This document shows positions 24,131-37,349 of a stretch of DNA of 64,000 nt, in pieces. The translations under genes were made by a program, and so were the position numbers. Location: assembly GCA_965112155.1 (NCBI GenBank), contig OZ218105.1. One strand, given 5' to 3'. Numbering within the stretch: the first letter of the stretch is position 1; every line of letters starts with the position of its first letter. A model generated the notes under the pieces. That model saw nothing but the letters and a program-made list of their open reading frames with translations. It had not been told where the DNA came from and ran no database searches. This DNA comes from Podarcis liolepis (Eukaryota).

Positions 24131-25099
24131 TATGCACTCTTTCATCTGAATGTTGGGAGGTTGGGAACAGGACTGGGAACATATTTTGTTCCTTCCATGC
24201 ACTGAAAGAATACCAGCAAAGCGCTAGTGTATGAGTCAAACTTCATTAGGAATATGTCTGGGTATTTCAACACTGCTTGTTCCCATCACCACTATGATCA
24301 TTTTGTTGATTAAAGACACAATGATCAAATAAGTTATTCTCTTTCAGAAACTTCTGGAGTGACTCTTAATCTGACACATAATCATCTTTGCTAATTTTTG
24401 TCTGATGCCTTGGGCCAAAGTGTACAAGATTGCAAAATGATTCTGATATTCAGTGGTCATTTCCCTCCTCTGAGTAACAGTTTAATGAGGTTACATTAAC
24501 TTTCTGCCCGCCACTGATGACATGAGGAGTGTTGATAAAAATCTGATTAAAATCTCTTACATTAAGCACATTTTCTCAGATTCATGTTCAGGTACTTTCA
24601 ACTCACCCCTTGTAATGGCATTTTTACCATGCATAATGCGTCTCCTATTACCAGATGCATTAAAAAATCAAATAAAACAAAGTAATTTATGTCAAAAAGT
24701 AAGAAACACTCACCAAATACATCATTACGCCAGTAACTGCTTGCTATTTAAGGCATTAAAGCAATTGAACAATGTCAAGTTTAAAATTTAATGGCTTTGA
24801 TGGGTTTTTGTTTTAAGCAGTGGCTTAAAGATTATTATATTTTTCTCATCTTTTCTTGTATATTTTAGTCTTTTAAAATTCAGAATGCAAGAAAATTATG
24901 TGCCAGGTTGTCAGTTATCTTTCACTAAATGTTGTAGCACTTACAGGAAATTTATTTTGATCAATGCTTAATGAATTATTACCTTCACCTCAGTCCATGG
25001 CATCAAAATGTGCAGAGCCTTCTCCACTATGCATCTCTCAAGAACTGTGTACGCATAAATAGCTTTCAGAATCAACTAATAAAGCAATTTCATCTCCCC

Positions 25100-27040
25100 A
25101 AAACTGGAAGAAACAAGAAGGGGATCATTTATCTTGAACCTGGTTCTCACCAACAGGGAAGAACTGATTGACAAAGTGGAAGTACTGGGAACCTTGGGAG
25201 GAAGCGATCGTGTCCTCTTGGGTTTCCTGATACAGAGGCAAAGGAAAGCTGACTGTAGTCTGACATGCACTCTAGGCTTTAAGAAGGCTGATTTCAAAAA
25301 GCTCAAGGAACTTCTGGGTGAGATCCCATGGTCAGAAATACTCATAAAGAAGGAAGTCCAAGATGGATGGGAGTTTCTTAAAGGTGAAGGCACAAAGACA
25401 AACAGTTCTAACAGGAAAGAAAAGTGGGAGGCATCTAAAGAAACCGGTGTGGCTGCATAAACAGCTTATGGATGGGTGAAGATTTAAGAACATGTATAAG
25501 GAATGGAAGTAAAGGGAAATCACGAAGGAAGAGTAGACATGAATAGCCAACAGTTGCAGGGAGAAGGTCAGGGAAAAGGTCAGGTGGGCCAAATGCAGAA
25601 TGAGTTCAGTTTGAAAAAAAAGGTTAAAACTAATTTTAAAAATGTTTCTTCAGATATATTTGAAGCAAGAGGAAGAACAAGCAAGAGGTAGGTCTTCGGC
25701 ATGGAGAAGATGAAGAAATGCTGTTGGGTGATAGAGAGAAGGCAGAATTACTTGGCCTCTATCTTCACCAAAAAGGAAAGCAATGCTAACAGAGTAAATC
25801 ATGCAAGAGGGAGCTGTAGCCCAAGATCAGAAAAGAGGTGGGAGGGAAACTCCTAGCTATCTTAAATAAATTCAGATCTCTGGGGCCTGATGAGCTACAC
25901 CCAAGGGTACTAAAGGAGCTTGTAGGTGTAATCCCAGGGCCTCTATCTATAATATTTGACAATTCTTGGAGAACAGGTGAGGTTCCTTCAGACTGGAGGG
26001 GGGGGGCAAATGTTGCCTGTCCCTGACTCAAAAAAAGGGGGGGAAAGAAGACTCAGGTAACTACTGACCAGTCAGCTTAACATCAGTACCAGGTCATAGA
26101 ATGAGATCAAACGGTCTGTCAGCAGTTAGAAAATGATGTTGTGATTGCTAAAACACAGCATGGGTTTCTCAAAAGCAACGCATGCCCGATGGACCTCATT
26201 TCTTTTCTTTTTTTGATAGAGTTACAAGCTTGGTGGCTCAGGGGAATGCTGTGGATGTAGTGTATCTTGAGTCCACTAAGGCTTTTGACAAAGTCCCCCA
26301 TGATTTTCTTGTGGAAAATCTGGTAAAATGTGGGCTGGACAGGGTTACTGTTAGGTGGATTTGTAGCTGGTTGACAGACCAGAGAAGTAGCAAGTGGGGT
26401 GACACAGGGTTCTGTCCTGGGCCCGTTGTTGTTCAAATCTTTATAAATGACTTGGATGAAGGAATTGAGATGACGATGATCAAATTTGCAGCTGACATCA
26501 AATTGGGACGGGTAACTAATGTTGCAGAAGACAGAAGCAGGATTCAAGATGACCTTAACAGATTGGAGAACTAAGCCTAAACTAACAAAATGAATTTCAA
26601 GTTATTCCTTAGGCAGGAATAACTAGCTGCAGAAATATAAGATTGGGAATACCTGGCTTGCCAGTAGTACACGTGAAAGCTGCTGCTATTCTAGGCTGCA
26701 TCAACAAAAGTAAAGTGTTCATATCAAGGGAAGTAATATTTCTGCTTTGGTCATACCACACCTGGACTACTGTGTCCAGTTCTGGGCATCACAATTTATG
26801 AAGTATATTGACAAGCCTGAGCATGTGCAAAGGAGGGCAACCAAGATGATCAAGGATCTGGAAACCAAGACTTATGATGAATGATTGAGGGAGTTGGGTA
26901 TTGTTTAGTCTGGAGAAGAAGAAAATGATAAGATAAGATAGCCATCTTCAAAGGGCTGCTACATGGAAGATGGAGAAAGCTTGTTTCTCGTCCTCCAGAG
27001 GGTCAGACTTGAACCAACAGATTCAAGTCACAAGAAACGA
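25100..27040 (+). mobile_element. Long degraded CR1 LINE (ORF2 endonuclease end plus RT, many stops and frameshifts)
   Basis: Fragments LVLTNREELI..GTLGGSD, GPDELHPRVLKEL..PLSIIF..SWRTGEVP.DWR, VDVVYL...KAFDKVPH and FINDLDEG...IKFAAD.KLG (the FADD motif is mutated). Confidence 0.96.
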
Positions 27041-27254
27041 ACTTCTTTTTCACTTGAATCCATTGGTTTGATATTTTATAGGAAAGGGATTCATAATTGG
27101 AACAAAATTAATAAATGAACTATCCTGTCGTAGCATGTCCAACTTCAACTCTTCAAGTAAGTGAAATTCCATTTGTACATCCTTAGTGGCAGAGGTTTTG
27201 CAATATTTTCCATCTATTTTTCTTGTAGAAGTTTTCCGAGATTTTTCTTGAAGG

Positions 27255-27258
<4 letters not shown>

Positions 27259-27303
<45 letters not shown>
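27259..27303. repeat. (TA)n microsatellite
   Basis: Direct inspection. Confidence 0.98.
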
Positions 27304-27305
<2 letters not shown>

Positions 27306-27825
27306 CTCCTTGAACAAGAGATTAAAGGGCTTTTTGTTATTTTAATAAAAGATGTGACTTCTGCAAATTTCACATTTTTAATTATGGGTAGGCTATATTT
27401 GGTAAATCAGTCATTGGGAACAGAAGAGAGTTTGTTCAGTGAGGTTTCCTCCGAAGCCATCCTTGCAAAGAGTGATAATTATTTTGTGGTTACACACAAA
27501 AGTCTTGACTCTTTTGTGGAAAGTCATGAGAACCATCTCCCAAGGAGGTGGAGGCACGACGTCATGAAGCAATCATCTCGGACTCCTTTTCTCTGGTTTT
27601 GAACTCTATTTATACAGCAAATTGGAGAGGATGTGTTTTACTGGGCTGTCATCGTATAAATTAGATTTGTTTGCAAAGCACAGCTTTGGGAATGAGCATC
27701 TGGATTCACAAAAAGGTCTAAGGCAGAACCTACGGAGAGACTTCCCAACTGTTAGCTATTTGCCATTGTAATGGTAAGAATCTGCCATGTTCAAAGGCAA
27801 CGTACCTGTGTGGGTGAATTAGAGC

Positions 27826-28040
27826 AGGGAGCCATTGTGGTGTAGTAGCTAAAGTGTCAGATGAGAACCTGGAGATCTGGGTTCAAATCACCACTCAGCT
27901 ATGAAGCGCATTGGGTGCCCTTGAGGTTGTCATAGTCTCTCAGTGTGACCTGCCTCGCAGGGATGTTGAGAAGACAAAATGAGAAGGGGGAAACCATGTA
28001 TGCCACCTTGAGCTCCTTGGAGATAATAATGAAACAATAA
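27826..28040 (+). mobile_element. MIR/CORE-like squamate SINE, near full length
   Basis: A-box TGGTGTAGTAG, B-box GGTTCAAATC, core ACCTGCCTCGCAGGGATGTTG, 3' TATGCCACCTTGAGCTCCTTGGAG. Confidence 0.8.
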
Positions 28041-28239
28041 TAAATATCAGAAGCTGGATCCAAACAACAGGGTGGCGGCATTGTCTTCACACCCAACTTC
28101 CTGCAGGCATCTAGCTTGCTACTGGTGGAAAAATAGGAAGCTGCCTTCCAGCAAGGGCCCATCTAGTTCAGGGGTTATCTATGCTGACTGGCAGTGGCTT
28201 TCCAGGGTTAAAGACAGGGAGTCATTCCAAGCCCTATCT

Positions 28240-29013
28240 GGAGAGGAACAGTTGAAGGAATTGGGTATGTTTAGCCTGGAAACGGGTGGCGCTGTGGTCT
28301 AAACCACAGAGCCTAGGGCTTGCCGATCAGAAGGTTGGCGGTTCGAATCCCTGCAACGGGGTGAGCTCCCGTTGCTCGGTCCCTGCTCCTGCCAACCTAG
28401 CAGTTCAAAAGCACATCAAAGTGCAAGTAGATAAATAGGTACCACTCCGGTGGGAAGGTAAACAGCGTTTCTGTGCGCTGATCTGGTTTGCCAGAAGCGG
28501 CTTAGTCATACTGGCCACATGACCCGGAAGCTGTACGCCGGGTCAATAAAGCGAGATGAGTGCCGCAACCCCTTGGCCAATGAAGCGAGATGAGCGCCGC
28601 AACCCCAGAGTCATCCGCGACTGGACCTAATGGTCAGGGGTCCCTTTACCTTTACCTTTAGCCTGGTAAAGAGGAGACTGAGAGGATATATGATGACCAT
28701 CTTCAAATAGGGCTGCTACATAGAGGATGGCACAAACTTGTTTTCTGCTGCTCTGGAGGCTAGGACCTGAACCAATAGATTAAAGTTATGAGAAAGGAGA
28801 TTCCAACTAAACAGGAGGAAAAGCAGCTCTGACAGTAAGAGCTGTTTGGTGGTGGACAAGACTCCCTTGGAAGATGGTCGACTCTCATTCACTGGAAGTT
28901 TTTAAGCAGAGGTGGGGTGTCCATCTGTCATGTATGACCTAGTTGAAATTCCTGCAATGCAGGGGGTTGGACTAGATGACCCTTGGGATCCCTTCCAACT
29001 CTACAATTCTATG
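28240..29013 (+). mobile_element. CR1 3' fragment interrupted by a Sauria SINE
   Basis: EEQLKELGMFSL...KRRLRG continues across the SINE and ends CCTTCCAACTCTACAATTCTATG. Confidence 0.92.
28280..28656 (+). mobile_element. Sauria SINE, full length
   Basis: GGTGGCGCTGTGGTCTAAACC head, GGTTCGAATCC B-box, GTGCAAGTAGATAAATAGGTACC body, (ACCTTT)n tail, 10-bp TSD TTTAGCCTGG (28270-28279, 28657-28666). Confidence 0.93.
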
Positions 29014-30904
29014 GGGATTGAACCTGGGACCTTCTGCATGCAAAGCAGATGCTCTTATCTCTGAGGTGCAGCCCTCCCCCTTAGAATGTGAGGTGAAATG
29101 TATCCCTCATTTGATCTGCCAGAGCTCCCCCGACATTCTTACCCAACTGCCAGGGAAATGAATGTCAGCATGGCAGTCCTCTAGTGCTCTCCCTATTTAT
29201 TTCAGTGATGGTTACAGGAGATGGTGCCCTAATGACAAGTCCATATATAACTGTAATAAGTCAACCCAAGTGCAGTAAATAACGTAGCCCCCTCAATTGT
29301 CACTTCTTCATTTTATGATGCTGGTCTGCTTCTGTGTCAGACCTCTTGACATAATCCAGTGGCCCGTTACAATCTCATGCTCCCTAGTGTTATAAATGGC
29401 AACACTCTCTTCTAATAGTTATCCATCCACTTGTTAATGCACTATTAATACTATTTACTAAATTTTTGGCAATATGAAACAATGTAGACACTATGTTATT
29501 TGTCTGTCTGCTTATTTACTCTGTGGCTATGGTCTGATGACTGTCACTTATGCTTCTCACTTAAGACCAAATGTATTGCATTGTGATATCTGGCACAGTA
29601 ATTCTTAAACTGAGCCAAGACTGTCTTCTTGTGCATGCAAGGTCAGGAAAAGGTTTATGGCAGCACCACATAAGATGGCAAAACCTTCTGATCTTTTTCT
29701 CTCATTGGAACCTTTAATGGGTTTCAAGTGATTAATTTAGTGCCCGTTAAAACAAAAAGGTGATGGATTTAGAGAACAAGGATGTAAAAGCTCTTATTCT
29801 CCAATGGACCAATGCCATTCAAAAGGATAACATGCAGAATCCTACTTATAGGATATATGCTACCATTTGTGTTTATTTTTGGAGTCTTGGAAAGACTATA
29901 TTCACTGGGTTTAAGGGATCGATCATCTGTTTAAAGGATTATGCTATTGCAATGTTTATGTTGATGTTTCAAGATTATCGTAGCGCATGCAGAATCAATA
30001 GAAGAGTTGATGCTTTCATATGTTACGCTTCGTGTTGTGTATTGCTTGTTTGCAGGCAGTTGTATGTTATCTGTTGAGTCCCGACTACTGAATTCAGACC
30101 ACATAGAACCTAATAACTTAACTGAGCAGTGTTCTCTATTAAACCCTGGCAAATTTGCTAGCACATGCTCACAAGATGGTTTTTCCCAGGCCAAGAGGAA
30201 AGTGTGCATGCAGGACTGTGTAGCTACAATTTAAAGGAATTCTGAGCACTGTTGTTCACCCCTTGCAGAGGTACAATTCCCAGAAACCCTTGGTGACCTA
30301 CGGTGCCCAGAATTCTTTGAGATAAACAATGTGCTTCATTCAGATGTGCTTTAAAGGTATAAGACAGGAATCAAACAACCCGGCATGCTAGCAGAAGCCA
30401 GAATGAGAACTCCTGCTATCTTAATGGGGCTTGTCCCTCCTCACCTTCATCCCCATACCTTCCCTAAATCTGCTATTTCAGGTTGAGAGAACCCCAGGAA
30501 CAGAAGGCCAGGGGAGCAGATGAGGGATTCGTCCATTTGGCAAGCAGAGAGGCTTATGTTGATAAAATGATCAGAGCACTGTGACGCTGAATTCCTCCGA
30601 TGATGGGCTCTCACCCACGCCACCTCACCCCCTTCTGTATGCAGGAATTAACAATGCATATAATAGGGGCAGGGCAGTCATTCATTTTGCTTGGCACCTA
30701 AAGGTGCCAAATGACATGTTTCAGGGAAGGCATGTCATAGTTGTGGTACCACAGCAGAAAACACTATCTGCCTCATACTCACCAGGGGAAGAATATAGAG
30801 AAGGACTTAATTTGCTGCTGCAGAGTGTGTTTTCCTCACTACTGAGTGGGAATCATTGGCTGGCAGTCAACTAAGTTCCATTTTGAATAGACCCAGTAAA
30901 ATTC

Positions 30905-31175
30905 ACATTTATTCATTTATTTATTGAATTTATACCCCACCCTTCCTCCCCAGGGCGGCAAAGAGATACACAAATTAAAAACAAAAATAAAGACAAGCGG
31001 ATGAAAGCATTCTGAGAACAGTTTCAATGAAAAACACCTACGTAAAAGCAGTTACAGTTAAAAACATTCTAAAAGCAATTACAATGAAAAAACATACTTC
31101 CATTGAATAATCGTAAGGTTGCCAAGAACAAGTATTCGTCAGCCACCAAATGCCTAGGTAAGCAGGAATGTTTTC
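30905..31175 (-). mobile_element. Old L2-like 3' tail
   Basis: TTTATT repeats, then TTTATACCCCACCCTTC and an A-rich spacer, resembling the L2 tails nearby. Confidence 0.45.
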
Positions 31176-32142
31176 AACATGACTAAAATTAAGTTGATTA
31201 ACTTCAATAAATGGGGGGTGTTAACTTCTTGCAAGCCCGCAGATGCAGGTACAACTTGCTGATAAAATGCATGCTTCCAGATGAATGAAAACAGATGTTT
31301 ATTTTCCAAACTTTTCAGAATTTGTTGCTTGCCTCATCTCAGGGTTGTGATAATTATATTTGTAAAAGTGTTTTGTTTTTTTCTGGTACTTAAGATTAAT
31401 TTGAAGTATAGTTAGACTTTTCCACATGTAAAAAAACAAACCCAAAAATCCTGCAAATATTTCATTCAAACAGTTACATTATCCTGGGCACTTTATACTT
31501 ACCGTACTTGTTAGCTTTGACAAACTACAGAGAGTCATAGAAATAGCCATTTTTCTATGCGTTAAAAACAACACTTTAACCAATTTGACTAAATGCCTTT
31601 CCTGCTTCATTTTAATTAGATATTTTGCTTCTTCAGCTTACTGGAAAGAGCTAGATAGCTCCAGACCATGTCAGTCTATAAAACAGCAGGTGTCAGCTTT
31701 AACTGCCTCCGAAAATATTAAATGTATTCAATTAACAGAACCCCTTAGAGAATGATTCTTTTTATGTTCATTTGTCTTATGCAAGCTTTGCAACATGTTT
31801 TCTTTATCTTATGCTGCGCTTCTTGTAGTTCAGTGACCCAATTATATCTCAAATTTTCTAGTGTCACAGAACATTCAATTAGTGCATTTTATGTAATGCA
31901 ATCTATCACATCAAAGTTGATTGAGCCCGTTATATTACAGAAGCAAAAGAATAAGTAAAATGAAGAAAGAAAAAAGTATCTATCTTCAAAAAGCCACCTA
32001 TGATGATGATGATGATGTTATGAGGGGTTTTTTCAAGGGGTAGGCTGAATGCCTGGGCACCCTTCTAATTCCTGGGTCCATCGTGGATTCAAATGCTGGA
32101 ATAACCAGGGCAGCCTGGTAATAGTCTGCTAAAGTTGGATTA

Positions 32143-32436
32143 ATAATAATAATAATATTTATATGCTGCCCATCTGACTAGGTTGCCACTCTGGTCAGCT
32201 TCCAGCAAAATATTAAAACACAATAAAACATCAAATATTAAAAACTTCCCTATACAGAGCTGCCTTCAGATGTCTTCTAAAAGCCATACAGTTGTTCATC
32301 TGTTGGAAGGGTGTTCCACAGAGCAGGCACCACTACTGAGAAGACCCTCTGCCTGGTTTCTTGTAACTTCCTTTAACTTGACTTCTCACAGTGAAGGAAC
32401 CATCAGAAGGCCCTCGGAGCTGGATCTCAGTGTCCA
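32143..32436 (-). mobile_element. L2 LINE 3' fragment
   Basis: Homologous to 33868-34192. Confidence 0.88.
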
Positions 32437-33867
32437 AGCTAAATAATGTGGGGCAGGATGGGAGGTGGAATGGGGATAAAGTGAATGGAATGGAAAAGAA
32501 AGGAGGCAGGCCAGTGAAGAAGAAATGCCAGTGATTTAGACCACAGATGGTTAGAGCATTGCAAAGAACTTTAGAGGAAAATGCAGAGAGCAAAGGGCAG
32601 AACTTTGTACAACAGAGGAAAAGGAAGCAGCTCAGATACGCTGAAGGATGGAAGGAGGAAAAACCAAACATGATTCCAAGGCAATATGCAAGAAAAGAGC
32701 TGGAAGAAGAAAGCAAGTCCTTGCCAATGTGTGTTTGACATACGCTGGTATTACAAAACGGCATAAACTAATGTTTACACATTGTAAAAGCATGTAAAAC
32801 GATGATGTCTGTGAATGATAGATTAGACGTCACAGCAAAGAATCTGCAGTAAAGCAGACTTGAGATTTTAAGCTCAGCCAAGTGAAAATAATTTGACTGA
32901 AAAGAAATCCAGACAAGACACAGGGAGGAAACAGGTTTTTTTCTTCTTAACAAAGCAGATACCCCCCCCCCCTTTCTTAAGGTGTTAAAACATTCAGAGG
33001 CCCAGATGGCAAGTGATGATCCACTGACAAACCGGCAAAGAAAAAAGGCCCTTGGAAGATTTCTGGATGTGCAGTGGCATTACAAGAGAGAAAAGGCAGA
33101 AAGAGGATGGCAAATCGATCTTGCCTCACATTCAGGGTCACGCAGAGACACCTGAAAAGAAAACGTGTCCTTTAGGAAGGGGGAAAAAAAGTTTTATGAA
33201 ACCATTAACTGTCTTTGTGATAAAAGCGAAAAGCAACTTTCCCATAACATTGATAAAGGGGCTATGAAAATAAGGGGGATATTGCAGCCCCACTCAGTAG
33301 GGACAGATGGTGCTGTGACAAAGGAGAGCAACATATATAGACCATTCTGCACATCTTCTCTTCAAGCTGCATTTGGAGACTAATGATGTCCGGTGCCTCA
33401 TCCTGAGAGCAATGGGAGGAAGCATGGCAATGGCCAGTGGTGGCCATTGGGGCAGGTGGGGTGGGAGACAGGAAGAACAACAATAGGTGCAGCTAGAGCC
33501 AATGACAGGCAAAGCCAAATAATTCTAGTTTCCCCCCATCCTACTCCCTACAGAGAGCAACAGGGAGACTAAGGAGGCAGAGGATACCAAGCCATGTCCT
33601 GCCCTGGGCTGATGGTAGGAAAGAAGGCAGACAGGAGAGACCAGCTGACAGAAGGCTGAAGTTATTGGGTCAGTGCCCTATTCGCTCATTTTGAACCGAA
33701 ATTTAAAATGGGGGAAGAGGAGGGATGAATACATTGCAGGGCTGGGGGAAGAGACATAAAAATGGAAGTCATTTTTAAGGGAAACTTTTGAGAAACTGGA
33801 AGATGGCTTTTGGGGTAGTGCTAGCAGTCACATTTCTGGCACCAGAGAAGATAGTAATACTAATACT

Positions 33868-34192
33868 ATTTTTATTTATTTATACCCTGCTCACCTGGCC
33901 ACTCTGGGCTGCTTCCAATGGAATATTAAAAATATGATAAAACATGAAACATTAAAAACTTCCCTAAACAGGGCTGCCTTCAGATGTCTTCTAAAAGTCA
34001 GATGGTTGTGTATTTCCTTGACATCTGATGGGAGGGCGTTCCACAGGGCGGGCGCCACTACCAAGAAGGCCCTCTGCCTGGTTCCCTGTAACTTCGCTTC
34101 TCGCAGTGAGGAAACCGCCAGAAGGCCCTCGGAGCTGGACCTCAGAGTCCGGGCTGAACGATGGGAGTGGAGACGCTCCTTCAGGTATACTG
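33868..34192 (-). mobile_element. L2 LINE 3' fragment
   Basis: Minus ORF YLKERL...RTLRSS..LL.V...RAF.V.AP.LWNALP......FRRHLK..LF is the L2 ORF2 C-terminus. Confidence 0.93.
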
Positions 34193-34809
34193 TGTCTGTG
34201 TGGTTGGGGTGGTGGTCCATGTGTTTCATATCCTATGGCCTGTGAACCTCAGTTTATTTCTGTTTTGTGGAGCTTCTGATGACATTTATTTCCATATGTC
34301 CTTCAGTTTAGAACCTACGGCTGCTTTTCAACTAATGAATATTAAGTTGTGCAATGCATTCATCCCTCCCCCCCACCCACACACTTTAAATTTCAGCTCA
34401 TGGTGGCTTCCTGTAAGCTGGCATGACTATTCAGCAGTATTTGAGCCTGCTGCCTTTTCTCTGCATACAGTAATGAAGAAGAAAACCATTATGGAAAAGA
34501 GTAATTAAGTAAATATTGTTTCTTAACTACACAGAGGATTTAAATTATTACTTATCTGCAGTATACAAACAAGCTGCCGCTAATGATATTAACGCTATGA
34601 GCGAAATTAGAAAGAGACTCCCAGCCCACGCATAAAGAAAGCATGAGCACATCTGTATACAAAATAAGCTGTGCATTGAAATTGCCCAAGTGCAATCCCC
34701 AGAGTTCTTGAAGCTTTCACCTTTGACCTACCCTCTATGCAGATATTAGAACCCAAATACTTCAGAAGCATTCACATAGATTGGTTGTGAAGAAGGTAAT
34801 GGGACTAGG

Positions 34810-34872
<63 letters not shown>

Positions 34873-34886
34873 AGGCGGAGAGAGAG
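34810..34886. repeat. Compound (GT)n(GA)n microsatellite
   Basis: Direct inspection. Confidence 0.97.
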
Positions 34887-34971
34887 ATTATAAAACAGTA
34901 GCTTTCTGAACAGGACTGAGTTCAACTTTCTTCCACAAATTCCCTTCTGTTTAGATTTTGGATAAATCATA

Positions 34972-35270
34972 CAGTGGTACCTCGGGTTAAGAACTTAATT
35001 CATTCCGGAGATCCGTTCTTAACCTGAAACTGTTTTTAACCTGAGGTACCACTTTAGCTAATGGGGCCTCCTGCTGCCGCTGCACCGCCGCTGCGCAATT
35101 TCTGCTCTCATCCTGAAGCAAAGTTCTTAACCTGAGGTACTATTTCTGGGTTAGTGGAGTCTGTAACCTGAAGCGTCTGGTTAGCTAAAGTGGTACCTCA
35201 GGTTAAGAAGAGTTTCAGGTTAAGAACAGACCTACGGAACAAATTAAGTTCTTAACCGGAGGTACCACTG
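34972..35270. mobile_element. Rearranged Tc1/mariner MITE with two left ends
   Basis: TA-flanked. 35181-35270 is the reverse complement of 34972-35061. Confidence 0.9.
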
Positions 35271-36478
35271 TATTAGAGTAGCAACAAGGAAAAAATGATT
35301 AACATATGAACAATAACCATATTCTAAAATCACATTCTGTCTGAACAATACAACTTTTAAAAGATATCTAAAATAAAGCAGGGATGACTCTGGTTGAACT
35401 TCTTTTGGCCAGGATTTCCTCAAGGGCAAGATCTGCCACACTAAAAGCTTAGTCTCTGCTAAAGACCTACCAAACCTCAGGGTCAAAGGAAACCACCCAA
35501 AACACAATAACCTTGAACCCAGCCTAGGAGCAAGTAAGCCCCCCATGCACCACTCTCAGTGCATGTTGCCAGTAACCTGCTCCTGTGAGTAGTCAGGCCA
35601 CTGTGTTTACCCTATTTCCATCTTACACAGTGGCCAACTTTTCCCAAGTCCTCTCTCACAAGGATGAAGCAGTATGAGCAATCAGGATGTGACGCAGCAC
35701 CCTGTTAGCGCATCGCCGTCTCTGGCTCAGGGCCATAATTTATATGATAATATCTGAATAAATTTGGTGGGCACAGAACCAAGGGTGGTCGTCCGTTTGC
35801 ATGTTTTTCATGCGCTCTTAGCAACATCCCTTCCTAGAAGGTTTTGAAGAGAGCTGAGGTATCAATTTGCAAATGTACATCTTTTCCAGAAATAGAAGTT
35901 TTTATGTTTGTGCTGCTCTAAGTGATAATATTTTAGACCTTCCAAATACTGATGGAATTCTAGCAGGTGAAATGAATGTTGTTTGTTTAGGGGCATTTGC
36001 CTCTCTGTATGAGTCTTGCACTTTAAACTCTATGCATGGTGTGGCACTGCAAGTTTCAGGAATTAGTTCCCTATGAGTTCAAATAACTTGAGATGTGTTC
36101 CTTTAGCAGCTAAGGTTTCTAGTTAGCTTTGGTGATTTACAGTCAGTTCACACATGCAAATCAACCCCTCCTGATGGCTATGAAAATAAATTAGACAAAT
36201 AACCATGGGCTGTCCTCACTGAACACACTTGATCCCTTACAAAGAAGAAGGTCATTTGGAAGGAAAACATGACATGTGTGAGTTGGTCATCGCTGTTACT
36301 CTTTCCTTAGAAAATAAGGAATATGCCTTTCTGTCTCATGAATCTGGTTTTTGAGCTTTTAAGACCCCTGGTGATTTTTTAAATATTTTGCATCATCATT
36401 ACCACTCTTTCCCCTCAAACACCCTTTCTCTCATGTTCCCAAGCAAGTGGTATTCAGTAGCATACTGCCTCCGTAAAG

Positions 36479-36528
<50 letters not shown>

Positions 36529-36847
36529 TTATTTATACCCCACCCATCTGGCTGGGTTTCCCCGGCCACTTTGGGCGGCTTCCAACAGAATATAAAAATA
36601 CAATAATCAATTAAACATCAAAAGCTTCCCTAAACAGGGCTGCCTTCAGATGTCTTCTAAAAGTCTGGTAGTTGTTCTTCTCTTTGAGGGTATTCCACAG
36701 GGCGGGAGCCACTACCGAGAAGGCCCTCTGCCTGGTTCCCTGTAACTTGGCTTCTTGCAGGGAGGGAACCACCAGAAGGCCCTCAGTGCTGGACCTCAGT
36801 GTCCGGGCAGAATGATGGGGGTGGAGACGCTCCTTCAGGTATACTGG
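36479..36847 (-). mobile_element. L2 LINE 3' fragment with expanded (AAT)n tail
   Basis: Same ORF2 C-terminus as the 33868 copy, (AAT)16 at 36479-36527. Confidence 0.93.
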
Positions 36848-37200
36848 AGAAGACTCTACTGGATCAGCCAATGGCCTATCAAGTGCAACATCATGTTCTC
36901 TCAGAGGCTGCCCAGATGCCTGACTGAAACTCATAAGCAGGTGCTGACCACAATAACATCCTTCCTTCCTGTGGTTTCCAGGAACTGGTACATAGATAGA
37001 TGCTGACTATGGAGGCAGAACATAGTCATCGTGGCTAGTATCCTGTGTAACTGGAGGTACATAACTCCAGCCGTTGATAGCCTTACCTTACATGCATTTA
37101 TATAATCCTCTTTTAAAGCTGTCCAAATTGGTGGCCATCACTACATCTCATGGTAGTGAATTTCACAGTACATTCTGTGTGAAGAAGTACTTCATTATTT
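36848..37200 (-). mobile_element. Old CR1-family 3' end
   Basis: Similar to 19898-20260, with TAATCCTCTTTTAAAGC...GGTGGCCATCACTACATC. Confidence 0.75.
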
Positions 37201-37349
37201 CTGTATTCTTCCAATATTCACCTTCCTTGAAAGTTGTACTATGGAAGTTGGAAGTTGCAACGGAATATATCAAGTCACACCATGCTTATTTTCAGACCTC
37301 CACAACATGGGATTGGCAAAGCTGAGTGTAGCGCACCAGGCATGTATTG

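Larger units (their letters stand above)
28131..29078 (-). mobile_element. tRNA-derived SINE split by CR1 (parts about 28131-28240 and 29014-29078)
   Basis: Left part matches 59788-59910. Right part GGGATTGAACCTGGGACCTTCTGCATGCAAAGCAG is the reverse-complement tRNA head. Confidence 0.75.

Noticed and set aside
27826-27900. tRNA gene (A and B boxes), also at 28280, 48441 and 55232
   Set aside because: These are SINE heads that continue into SINE bodies, with no cloverleaf.
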